From assembly GCF_001194135.2 (NCBI RefSeq), contig NC_068996.1:4768367-4818247 (forward strand): a stretch of 49,881 bases of DNA. Direction: 5' to 3'. Origin of the DNA: Octopus bimaculoides (lineage: Eukaryota). The notes under the pieces are model-generated. The model saw only the letters and a list, made by a program, of their open reading frames with translations. It was not told the origin of the DNA and did not search any database. A program made the translations under genes and the position numbers. Positions 1 to 11,173 of this stretch are shown here, piece by piece. Within the stretch, counting starts at the first letter, position 1, and each line of letters opens with the position of its first letter.

Positions 1-290
1 ACATACGTATATATATATACATACATACGTATATATATATACATACATACGTATATATATATACATACATACGTATATATATATATATATATACATACAT
101 ACGTATATATATATACATACATACGTATATATATATATATATTCATACATACGTATATATATGTACATACATACTTATATATACATACATACATACATAT
201 ATATACATACATACATATATATATACATATACATTTATATACATATACATATATATACATGTATATATATATATATATATACATATACAC
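1..290. repeat. Compound (ACAT)n/(AT)n micro/minisatellite
   Basis: Repeated acatacgtatatatatat(ac) units that decay into (AT)n/(ACAT)n. Confidence 0.95.
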
Positions 291-625
291 AGGTTAAAAT
301 AGAAAGAAAAGGCCAACAATTTGGCAACACTTGACAAAGACATTTAATTTAATTTTTGGCTATATAATAAAAGGTAGAGATATTATATAGCTAAATTAAA
401 TTAATCATCAACGTCAAGTCTTGCCAAATTGTTTGCATTTCCTTTCTCCCTTAACTTGTTCCTATCAACTCAAGGTGAAGCCAGTTCTAGCTGTTTTGGA
501 TGAGGCAGTCACAAAACCATAATTTCAAATGCTGTTCAAACCGGAATTTTAGTGGAACTTCAATTTGAGCACTCAGCGCACATACCTATTAGTTTGAGTC
601 ACCCTGACAAAAACTCCTCATATCC

Positions 626-653
<28 letters not shown>

Positions 654-656
<3 letters not shown>

Positions 657-844
657 GGATAAGCTCTATGTATAAAATATCGATTTTATCAAGTGGCCAG
701 CATGGGAATAAAAACCAAGAGATTGCTAGTTTATTTTGTCTTTGTCTTCGCTCTTTGTGCTATATGAACATTTATTGTGGTTTAGAGTCAAGATTTGACT
801 GCTATTTTCAGTGTGGCGATATCTCTTAGATACCCTATATTATG

Positions 845-848
<4 letters not shown>
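654..848. repeat. (TA)n-flanked interspersed repeat, copy 1 (module A then module B)
   Basis: 733-848 matches 12311-12428 directly. 654-717 matches the reverse complement of 12450-12512. Both ends abut (TA)n. Confidence 0.8.
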
Positions 849-895
<47 letters not shown>

Positions 896-1219
896 ATATG
901 CATATACATATATATATACGTGTACATACATATACATACATATATATATACGTGTACATACATATACATACATATGTATACACTCATATACAGGTGTATA
1001 CACATATATATATACTAAATATATTAAAATATATATATTAAATATATTAAAGTATTTAATATATACATATATATATACATATATAAACTTTATCTTCCAT
1101 TAAAATTTTTTTGTTCATTATTTTTCATGTTTTGAAAGACATTAAGGCAACTAAGCATATTTACAAGTATAGCTACAAGCATTGCATAGATCTTTCAAAC
1201 AATTTTTGGGGTGGGTGGG

Positions 1220-2033
1220 NNNNNNNNNNNNNNNNNNNNNNNNNNNNNNNNNNNNNNNNNNNNNNNNNNNNNNNNNNNNNNNNNNNNNNNNNNNNNNNNN
1301 NNNNNNNNNNNNNNNNNNNNNNNNNNNNNNNNNNNNNNNNNNNNNNNNNNNNNNNNNNNNNNNNNNNNNNNNNNNNNNNNNNNNNNNNNNNNNNNNNNNN
1401 NNNNNNNNNNNNNNNNNNNNNNNNNNNNNNNNNNNNNNNNNNNNNNNNNNNNNNNNNNNNNNNNNNNNNNNNNNNNNNNNNNNNNNNNNNNNNNNNNNNN
1501 NNNNNNNNNNNNNNNNNNNNNNNNNNNNNNNNNNNNNNNNNNNNNNNNNNNNNNNNNNNNNNNNNNNNNNNNNNNNNNNNNNNNNNNNNNNNNNNNNNNN
1601 NNNNNNNNNNNNNNNNNNNNNNNNNNNNNNNNNNNNNNNNNNNNNNNNNNNNNNNNNNNNNNNNNNNNNNNNNNNNNNNNNNNNNNNNNNNNNNNNNNNN
1701 NNNNNNNNNNNNNNNNNNNNNNNNNNNNNNNNNNNNNNNNNNNNNNNNNNNNNNNNNNNNNNNNNNNNNNNNNNNNNNNNNNNNNNNNNNNNNNNNNNNN
1801 NNNNNNNNNNNNNNNNNNNNNNNNNNNNNNNNNNNNNNNNNNNNNNNNNNNNNNNNNNNNNNNNNNNNNNNNNNNNNNNNNNNNNNNNNNNNNNNNNNNN
1901 NNNNNNNNNNNNNNNNNNNNNNNNNNNNNNNNNNNNNNNNNNNNNNNNNNNNNNNNNNNNNNNNNNNNNNNNNNNNNNNNNNNNNNNNNNNNNNNNNNNN
2001 NNNNNNNNNNNNNNNNNNNNNNNNNNNNNNNNN
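1220..2033. other. Assembly gap (N run), the first of many
   Basis: 814 N. Other large gaps lie at about 15589-16110, 23480-24007, 35329-35949, 37121-37488, 38901-39497, 40404-40691 and 43586-44064, mostly bounded by microsatellites. Confidence 1.
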
Positions 2034-2073
<40 letters not shown>

Positions 2074-2297
2074 TACAAACATATATATATGTTTTCTTCT
2101 ATGTGATTTCAAAGTAATTTATTGTTAAAAACTATTGTCACATGACAATAATACTGTCAACTGTAGCAACAAATAGCAATGGGAGGAGAAGCAAAAAGAG
2201 CAGGGTGGTGGGGGTGGAATAGAAGCAAGGGCAAACTATCGCTAGCATTATTTTGTTTAGAATATGATGGAGAATAGACACAATCGAGTTTACTTAC

Positions 2298-2420
2298 CTA
2301 AAAGTCTTGTGATGGTGTTTTCAGCTGAAATCATCTTCTGCTCTGCTGCACCTTTTGAGAGCTTTGTCGAAACCACAATATGTTTGCCAATCTGTCCCAG
2401 TGTATATACTTGAGATTCAC
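2298..2420 (-). CDS. Internal coding exon of a nucleoside phosphorylase-like (PNP_UDP_1 / MTA-SAH nucleosidase fold) domain protein
   Basis: Minus-strand acceptor ...atcttcag|GTGAAT and donor CTTTTAG|gtaagt. 123 nt, phase 1-1, open: (G)ESQVYTLGQIGKHIVVSTKLSKGAAEQKMISAENTITRLL(G). YTLGxIGxHxVV is the recognisable beta-strand motif of PNP_UDP_1 domains. Not in the ORF track because there is no ATG and it is too short. Confidence 0.85.
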
Positions 2421-2764
2421 CTGAAGATATCAAGGACACAAACATCAACCAAATTATTAGCCAAACTCACATGGTTCTAACGATCATGTCAAATTCTTTT
2501 ATACATACACACATATGTATATATACCTATATACATTATATACAACACTACTGAACTGTATAATATGGGAACCTTTAATACCCAACTTTCAATTTTGGTT
2601 TGTTTTATGTATTGTATGGTTTAAATAGCATGAATCAAAAGGTGATGGGATAAAATAAACAGAGCATTTATATTAATAAAACAGCTATAAATATTAATCA
2701 CAATATATTTGAGTTAACTATATTGATGTAGAATTTGGTGTTCATTATCAGATTTTGAAAACAA

Positions 2765-3020
2765 TTATCCGCAAATATGTCGGGTATGGTGGCATGCACC
2801 ATTGCAGTGCATTGCTGTAACCACCGTTTGTTGGTGTCTACATGAATCGTTCTGGCTAACCCTCCAAATAGTGTCCTGGTCAGTTCCAATCCCTGCAAAA
2901 TATTTCCTCATTTGCTATGAGCTTGAGGTATGTGACCAACCAACATGAGCCATCACTCTAGCTTGATTCCGAGAGAAGAGGCCCCAGTACACAGGATCCA
3001 ATTCAGAACATCAAACAACA
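2765..3020 (-). mobile_element. Highly degenerate Tc1/mariner-like transposase C-terminus (tentative)
   Basis: Translation across frameshifts, SELDPVYWG...QARV...HT...GTDQDTIWRVSQN...QTVVTA...G...HI*, resembles the SPDLNPxD..WG...KxRV...RxxxVVxAxGG end of Tc1/mariner transposases. Confidence 0.4.
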
Positions 3021-3446
3021 TGACCAAACGGTCTTAAGCTGATGCTACTAAATCATACAAGCAACAGTCGACATCTTAATGTTAAAGTTTACCTCAGATT
3101 TAGGGAGTTGAGAAACATCTCTTTTCATCTCTAGGTAGAATACTATACTAATTACACCTACTGGAAAATTTTTTAATCAACTTTCTTCATTTACATTGTG
3201 CATTTCAACCAGTAACAGTAAAACTTGTATCTTGCTATGCACAAAATAACAGCTAGATGCGAATTTGGTCTATTAAAAGTTAAGTGTTGTTGTTGTTGTT
3301 AGAGATTTGGCATAAAATCAGTTACGGAAAATAAAACTCAGTTATCCCTTTGTCTAGCTGCTGCTCTTGTAGAATGTTCAAGTCTTAGAGTTAGATCTTT
3401 AAATTATGAAGAAAAGAGAATTTAACTTAAAAGAAACTTCACAAGC

Positions 3447-3928
3447 TAAACTTTTGATACCAGTCCACCAACCCACCCCTGGTTCTACGATATAAACTTT
3501 CAGTTTAATGTTATCTAAAAGCTTTCCATTAAAATTTCATTACACAACCATTTTAGAAATGATAAAGTTATTTTACTAAATTCTTCATTTCCAAAATTTA
3601 TGGAAATAAAAATAATGTATTTCAACAGAAATAAGGTAACAAAAAGGGTTAAACAGATTTAAATTAAAACCTTCCCTCAAAATTTCATGTTATGTTCCAA
3701 ATACCAACTTAATAACGACTATGTTATTTTACTAAATTCTTTGTTATTTCCAAAATTCATTGAAATAAATGCAGTTTATTCCAATAGAAATATGGTAACA
3801 AAGGGGTTAAAATGATCTGAATCAAAACCTTCTATACTGACTTAATAATGAACCAGAAACCTCCATCAAAATTTCATGTTAATTTAGGTTCCGAACATAA
3901 ATTAACAATATAGTAACAAAAAGTATAA
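3447..3928. mobile_element. piggyBac-like MITE (TTAA-ended) with tandem duplication of its right two-thirds
   Basis: Degenerate left end taaacttttgatacc (3447). The right end ggtaacaaaa(a)gggttaa occurs at 3635-3652 and 3794-3810, with a decayed copy at 3911-3928. Internal ~155-bp units are repeated. Confidence 0.6.
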
Positions 3929-4783
3929 GTTTACTATTAACATGAAAGTGCTGTGATTGATATTTATTACATACAACTAGTTTTACACCAAAGAACACTA
4001 CTTCAATAGACATTCAACAGTTTTTCCTGAAGTTCACAAAGGTCCACTATCATAAGAAAACAAAAACAAAACAAACAATAGTCTTAAAGTACATCTGAAT
4101 AATTCATTATATTTCATTTTATGTACTGACATTTTCAGAATGATAATCTCTGCAAATATGTTAATATCAAAAAATAATTTTTTAAAAAACAGATGACATA
4201 AAAAGAAAATGTAGTATAAAATATAAGCTACTAAAAATTCTCTTGTGTAGGAGAAAACATAAAAGGACACCAGCAGGATCACATGGCTGAGTAATATATT
4301 TAATATAATGAGCTCCTAGCACCCAATAGCTAATAGGAAAATTCAGTCAGATGAATTGCCATAAAGAATGTATTGCAGGCTTGGACCATCCAAAGTTGCA
4401 TCCATTTCCTAATGACACGCTACCAAAGAATCAGGTTGATGTAGAAGCATTACTGATAAATAATCTGTAACCAGCAAGCTATATAAAGTGCTAGATAAAA
4501 ATTCATATATGCATTTTTAAAAAACAAGAAAACAAATATGTAAGAAATGAAGGCCAATACATCAGGAAAATTAGTGAACATTATATATAATATGAAAATC
4601 AGCTTCAAAGATGTGTGTGTGTAGTTCACAGACGAGATCCAGATATTCTCAGTATAGAAGACACTTAATAGTGCTCAAAAGATTCAAAGTTAGACTTCGA
4701 TATGTTTACAGGGGACCAATTCCACAAGGTAAAGAATGGTTATAAGAGGGATCAGGTTGAGCAGAGATAGAAACAATTAAGGG

Positions 4784-4879
4784 ATAAGCAAATTAGATAC
4801 ATCAAATATATTAAATATATCAAGTATACAATTTATAATATACTTAATATATATATATTTAATGTGCCTAATTGCTTAT
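4784..4879. repeat. Imperfect inverted repeat next to (TA)n
   Basis: ataagcaaattagatacatcaaatatat (4784-4811) pairs with atatatttaatgtgcctaattgcttat (4853-4879). Inner aagtata/tatactt also pair. Confidence 0.6.
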
Positions 4880-5108
4880 ATATATATATATATATATATA
4901 TGAGCATATGCATGTATACATACATATATGTACATACCTACATCTACATGTATATATAGATGCAAATCCGGGTACAGGACATGAAAAAACGTAGACAAAA
5001 AAGGAATGGGAACATAATATATAATTATATAAACTAGAAAATTTGACATATTTCTAATTTCATGTTACACATGTTCCATTATAGCATAGAGGATACATTA
5101 TGAATATA

Positions 5109-5280
5109 AAGAAGAAGAAGAAGAAGAAGAAGAAGAAGAAGAAGAAGAAGAAGAAGAAGAAGAAGAAGAAGAAGAAGAAGAAGAAGAAGAAGAAGAAGAA
5201 GAAGAAGAAGAAGAAGAAGAAGAAGAAGAAGAAAAAGAAGAAGAAGAAGAAGAAAAAGAAGAAGAAGAAGAAGAAGAAAA
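5109..5280 (+). repeat. (GAA)n trinucleotide tract, ~170 bp
   Basis: Directly visible, with few interruptions. Confidence 1.
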
Positions 5281-5730
5281 GATTGTGTGGGACTTTCCTC
5301 TTCAAATGGATTTCTCTTCAAATGGACAAGAAATTAGAAAACGAAAGACCAAATATTATGATCACATATAACGAAAAGAGAAGTTGCTTACTTATTGATC
5401 CATCTTCTCATTTGATTCCAGGATTGTAAAGAAAGAGGAAGAAAAACAAAGAAAATACAATCCCCTAAAATTTGAAATAGGAAGAATTTGGAGCATGCAT
5501 ACAGTAAAGGTTGTGCCTATAATAATTGGTGAGTTGGGAACAAGTAAGCCAAGATGACTGAAGGAGTTTGAAATAGAATGTCCAGTAGAGCTCCTACAGA
5601 AAGTTTGCCTCTTTGGGACAGTAAGGATTATCAGGAGGATTCTAAGTACTTGAAAGACTGCTGAAAACATGTGGATACCTAAGGCTACATGTAGTAACCT
5701 GCTACCCACATAAATTCTACCAAGAAGAAG
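5278..5730 (+). mobile_element. 5'-truncated R4/Dong-clade non-LTR retrotransposon (restriction-like endonuclease C-terminus plus 3'UTR), pseudogenised
   Basis: Across frameshifts: KIVWDFPLQMD..KLENERPNIMIT..KRSCLLID...DSRIVKKEEEKQRKYNPLKFEIGRIWSMHTVKVVPIIIGELGT...LLQKVCLFGTVRIIRRILST* (stop 5651-5653). This is the RPD/KxxKY RLE domain and C-terminus typical of R4-clade elements. Small internal duplication of ctcttcaaatgga. Confidence 0.85.
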
Positions 5731-5899
5731 ACCAAACTTGAGCTTTGCTTCAATAAAGAGAAAAGAAATATCAATAAAGTATTTTACGTTTTGATTCTAT
5801 GCTCTTGAACAGAAAAAAATGGGAGAAAATTAACAGAGAGAGAATGTAAAAACCTTGTGGATTTAGCGATCAAGCATGGCAACTAGTTGGTAAAAAAAG

Positions 5900-7025
5900 G
5901 TTTGACATGAGAGGTAGAAAGGGGAGATAGTAAAGTATTGGTGGTCCCAAAACGGTGTGCATGTGCGTGTGTGGATAGGGGCTAGTGACTTTGACGTGTG
6001 GCGATGTGGAGGTAGGGAGGGTGTGTGGGGTGGGGTGGGGTTGTGTGGAAGGGATATCAATGAAGAGAGAAGGTGAATAGGTGTGAAGAGAGGAAGTAGG
6101 TGTCAGAGCAAGAGAGGAGAGGAGGGGAGTTGCGCCTATATGGTGCAAAGGAGTGAAGAGAGAAGATTAATTCCTGTTCATGGTGACAGCGGGAGTTCAG
6201 ATGGCCCCTGTGCAATGACAATCCAAATGAAGACAAGTACTGATGTTTTAGTGAATGACTGATAGAGCAGAAATGGCATGAGACTGTGGTGTCATTGCTG
6301 AGTCTGATGTCTTGGAGGTGTTCTATGAACCAGTCATCCATGCAGCGTCCTGTTTGACCAATGTACAGAGAAGGGCAGAAAAAGCAGGAGATGCAGTAAA
6401 AGACGTTGCTAGAAGTGCAGGTAAAGGAATCAGTGATATGAAAGGGACAATGATGGGTGCCTGCGAGGATGGCAGTGTTGGAGAGGTAGAGGCAAGTGTG
6501 GCAGCATGGGTGGGAGCAGGGGAAGAACCAAGTTTGGCGGTGGAGTTAGGGAAGAAATCGTGGACCAGGAAGTCATGCAGGTTGTGAGCTTGTTTGAAGG
6601 AGGGATGGGGTAGGTTGAGGAAGATGTATAAGGTGGAGAGGTTGGACTGAAGTCGCTGGAAGGCTTGGAGAATGGTGTGTTGGAGGAGCAGGGTGGAGAA
6701 GTGGTAGGTGAGGGGAAACAGAAGATGGGCAACAGTGGGGCAGGTGCAGGGAGAGAGAGCAGAAACACAGTCCATGGAACATGCTCTTTCAACAGCTGTG
6801 GGGATAGTGGTGAGGGGATATCCATGAAGGATGAAGTGGCAAGCCGTGATTTGAGACTCAGTCTCAAATTCATTGTTGTCACTGCAGAGCCTGCGCAGAT
6901 GGAAGAATTGGGAGTAGCGGATGGAGAGTTTGGTGTGGGTAGGGCAGGAGGAGGAGAAGTTAAGGTATAAGCGTGAGTCAGTGTGTTTGTAGTGGATGGA
7001 GGTAGTGAGAGTGTGTTTGTGTGTG
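5900..7025 (-). mobile_element. 5'-truncated Penelope-like element, Neptune type (RT thumb, linker, GIY-YIG), frameshifted
   Basis: TSIHYKHTDSRLYLNFSSSCPTHTKLSIRYSQFFHLRRLCSD...GYP...PLTYH (ORF 6323-7087). After a frameshift, CSHPCCHTC...FTCTSSNVFYCISCFFCPSLYIGQTGR..DWFIEHLQDIR...HF...EQELIFSL (ORF 6057-6341 frame). Confidence 0.92.
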
Positions 7026-7892
7026 ACAGATGTATAAATACAATAAACACTAGAAATGTGCAGAAAATAGACTTCATCAAATGCCAATGGGGATACTTAG
7101 AAGTAGTAGATAGCTTCCGTTATCTGGGTGACCAAATCAGCAGTGGAGGTGGATGGTCTGAGAACATAGCTGCTTGAAAAATATTAAACTGGGCAAATTT
7201 CATAGAGCCTTTACTTTTGTTGGTAACATAGGTCCTCTCCCTCAGAATGAAAAGCAGATTGGATGATGCCTGTGTGTGAACAGCTATGCTACAGAGCAGT
7301 TAAACATGGGATACGACTATATAGAACATGTAAAGGCTTGAAAGAAATGAAGCTAGTATGCTTCGATGGATGTGCAATGTCAGTGTGTATGTACAACAGA
7401 GTTTAAGCATCTTGAGAGAAAAATTGGGCATCAGATGTGGTGTGCAAGAGATAGGATTGCACTGGTATGATTATGTGATGTGCATGGATGAGGACATCTG
7501 CATAAAAAAGTGCAGATCTCTAACTGTGGTGGGAACCTGTAGAAGAGGTAGACCCAGGAAGACATGGGACTTGGCGGGGCTGAAGCTTAATCTTCAGATG
7601 TTAGATCTCATGGAAGGGATAACAAGTGATCGAGATCTTTGGTGATTTGCTGTGCTTGAGGAGACATGTCAAGCCAAGTGAAATAGTAGTCAGGCCAGTG
7701 CCAGTGACACGTAACAGGCAACCATGCCAGTGACACGCAAAAAGCACCCACTACACTCTTGGAATGGTTGACATTAGGAAGGTCATCCAGCCATAGAAAT
7801 CAGGTGAAATCAGACTGGAACCTAGTGCAGCCCTCCAGCTTACCAGTTTTCAATCAAACCATCCGACCCATACCAGCATGGAAAATGGATGC
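7015..7892 (+). mobile_element. RTE-clade LINE 3' portion with 3'UTR, pseudogenised
   Basis: FVCDRC...LEVVDSFRYLGDQISSGGG...MLRWMCNV...LREKLGI...WY..VM.MDED..KKCRSLTV.GT..RGRPRKTW. The 3'UTR ends ccagcatggaaaatggatgctaaatgatggtgacgatgac. Confidence 0.92.
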
Positions 7893-8007
7893 TAAATGAT
7901 GGTGACGATGACATACGCATTTATATAATATAATATAATATATNNNNNNNNNNNNNNNNNNNNNNNNNNNNNNNNNNNNNNNNNNNNNNNNNNNNNNNNN
8001 NNNNNNN

Positions 8008-8041
<34 letters not shown>

Positions 8042-8895
8042 CAAATCTAACCAGTTAATTAGTGAATCAAAACAGTAGAAAGTAGCCATTCATTATTACC
8101 AATGTTTCTATTTATTGTTATTAGTTCACTGTACGTTTATTTTATATCATTTGGCTAAACAGTCTGCTACAACAAAATTGAGGCAGTAACACATTTTTTA
8201 TTTGCTCTTTTCACTTATTTCCTTTTTAATGTACTTCTTTATTGCTTCAATTTATTTCTTTATTCACCAAATTTAAATAGCTTCAAATTATAATGGTTAT
8301 ATTTTTACAAATAATATAGAACTATTCAAATCAAAGAGGGCTAAAAAATTAACATCAACAACATCAATTGTAATCTTGTATTTTAATTAATTAATTAATT
8401 AATTAATTTAACAACTAAAGGGCCATCAATAATATTGTTCAATTATAATAGTATATTTCTTTTAAATGATGAATCTATGTTTATAATATTTCATCTAATT
8501 TTGTAGTATGTATTTGATATAGATTAATGACATTTAAAGATATATTATAAGTGTAATAGATACATATAATAGTGTACAAATGCAACCACACTTTTAATAC
8601 CACAGATGTTTGGAGACATATTATATTAGTTCATACAGCAGCAAGTGAAACAATGATTGCAGATAATATTACTAAAGGAACTTTATTTGGCTGTAAAAAT
8701 TAGCATTCAAATGCTTGTTTATGAAGATGTAAATCCAAGGACACATTGCATGCATACATACACATCATATGAATGCATATCCTCAGGAGTGCCTCATCCA
8801 AAATATATTATATGTATGCATATATTGTTACATGATAAACTATGTCCATATTAATGACTAAAACAAACACACAGCATGTGTGTGTGAATAAATAT

Positions 8896-8937
<42 letters not shown>

Positions 8938-8987
8938 NNNNNNNNNNNNNNNNNNNNNNNNNNNNNNNNNNNNNNNNNNNNNNNNNN

Positions 8988-9024
<37 letters not shown>

Positions 9025-9700
9025 AATGTATGTTTACAAGTGGGCAGGTCATGAACACACACAAGCATAAATGCATGTCTATATATATATATACACACAC
9101 ACAAGCGCACACTTATTAGATTTCAAAATCATGTGTGTGTGTGTGTGTAGGGGGGAGGGTTATATTATGTATAAATGGACACATCACACAAATACTAGCA
9201 TGCAAACGTAGGCATACTTCAGCATGTACATCCAAGGATATATCATATATGCACACATACTTTCACACACACAAACGTTTGCCAGAACATTCATTGTATG
9301 CTTAAGTGCATCTTACACATGCACACACACTAAAAACTGATGCATGGCTGTATGTGCACACAAACACACATATATGTGCACATATACATACAGATCTGTC
9401 CATACATCTTCATAAGGTTAAACCTGCTTATGGGTTCATGGTTTATGGTGATTACATATGTTGATATTGCATGATTGTCTTCATAGGCAATCTTATTATT
9501 CTACAGTAATACTTAATATCTTCTAGTTTGGGGAGTTTCAGTGACATATATACACACAAACATACATATATACTCATATATTACACAACTCGCACAACCA
9601 CACACATACAAATCTATAAGTACACTTATACATACTTAAAGACAAACCCCCATATGTATAAATATACAGAATTGTATGTATGCTTGTGTATATATATATT

Positions 9701-9754
<54 letters not shown>

Positions 9755-10189
9755 TCATACATTACACTTGTTTATCATTAAGTCTATATAAAACTAATAA
9801 AGAATTGGCTATAATTTTTACTAAAATTTATAAACAATTATATAATTTTATGTATTTATTGTAAGTAGTTAATTTTTGAAATGTTTAATATTTTTATGAA
9901 GGCATCTTATTAATAATCCTCCATGTTTGTTAACTCTATTTTACAATTTATGATCTAAATGTTTTCCATTAAGCATAAATTGCAAAATTTCTTCTGGCAT
10001 TTTGAGGGAGTAGTATTTCTAATGATATATCAAGATAATGAATATTCAATATCATAATGTTTTAACTTCCAGATTAGAGTTGCCAGAGAAGTATTATATG
10101 TTTTTATTCTGTATTTAAAGGTAGATAAGTGGTTATTAAAACTTGATTTAAAATTTCAAGCCATAGTACCTATATGTGTCTTGCAAACA

Positions 10190-10620
10190 ACTTGCACATG
10201 CAAGTGCTACCAGTCAAGAACTCCGTATACCAGAAGCCAGCAAGGAGAGAATGCGCGCCGTTTCGGGGCCTACCTCTCAACGGCATCAATGCACACCGGC
10301 CCCCCTCACTGATATGAGCCCCCGCTTGCTAGATCAACTGATTATTGAACAAAGCTCAATATTTCTCTAGCCATCGCTCATCGTCTCTTTTTAACCAAAT
10401 CCAGTGGCTCGCCTTCTCCACTGTAGTTTGGATATCAGTAATGGTGGTATTTACCTTCCGATGAGTTAGGCCTAACGATAACAGCAGTCGTTTCACACTG
10501 TTTCCTACAAATCCTCTATATCCGACTTCGATTGGAAAATGCTCCGCTTTCCAGCCTGCGTCTTCACATTTCTCGAGGAGGTTTTCATAACGGTCCATCT
10601 TTCAAGCTTTTCTATATGCA
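10190..10620 (-). mobile_element. 5'-truncated HERO-clade (R2 superfamily) non-LTR retrotransposon: RLE C-terminus plus 3'UTR
   Basis: ORF 10356-10598, RYENLLEKCEDAGWKAEHFPIEVGYRGFVGNS...LGL...TVEKASHWIWLKRDDERW, matches the HERO-type KY..L..C...GW....PxEVGCRGF...EKAS.W.W.KR ending. Confidence 0.85.
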
Positions 10621-10737
10621 TTTATTGTTTAAAGGGCAATTTGATTTATTTATAAAATTACACATTTAAATCATAGAAGATTTATTATTACTATTACTAT
10701 TATTAGCATTTACATCATCATCATCTTTATTATTATT

Positions 10738-10837
10738 GATGGAGAGAGCAGTGCATGCCAAAGTGACACTGGGGTAAAATTTACTAAGCCCATTATATCC
10801 ATCATGACTACCCGTCTGATTAGGGTACACCAGGCAT
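10738..10837 (-). mobile_element. Truncated copy (terminal ~100 bp) of the TAA-associated retroposon, with a long flanking duplication
   Basis: Reverse complement matches about 46990-47094. Flanked by the direct repeat attactattattagcatttacatcatcatcatc at 10693-10725 and 10838-10870. Confidence 0.85.
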
Positions 10838-10887
10838 ATTACTATTATTAGCATTTACATCATCATCATCATCATTATTATTATTAA

Positions 10888-11122
10888 GGTAGTAAGCTGG
10901 AAGAATCATTAGCATGCCAAGCAAAAAGCTTGGCGGCATTTGTCTTTATGTTCTGAGTTCAAATTCTGCCAAGGTCAAACTTGCCTTTCATTCTTTCAAG
11001 GTCAATAAAATAAGTACCAGTTGTGCACTGGGGTCAATGCAATTGACTAGCCTCTGCCCCAAATTTCAGGCCTTTTGCCTATAGTAGAAAGGATTATTAT
11101 TATTATTATTATTATATTATTA

Positions 11123-11172
<50 letters not shown>
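10888..11172 (+). mobile_element. tRNA-derived SINE (family 1, tail B) ending in (TTA)n
   Basis: gg(c)agt(g)agctggcagaatc head, gttctgagttcaaattc B-box, gcctttcat...gtc(g)ataaaataagtaccag core, and tail aaatttcaggccttttgcctatagtagaaaggattatt. CpGs are mostly decayed. Confidence 0.85.

Positions 11173-11173
<1 letters not shown>

Noticed and set aside
3093-3130. 38-nt minus-strand microexon candidate (MKRDVSQLPKSE) with ag/gtaaac
   Set aside because: Weak acceptor. Its phase-0 end is incompatible with the phase-1 start of the 2420 exon, and the peptide is not recognised.
8631-8690. Minus-strand ctaatttttacag acceptor followed by a hydrophobic 19-aa stretch and a stop
   Set aside because: Too short to distinguish from chance in AT-rich DNA, and no upstream partner exon is identifiable.
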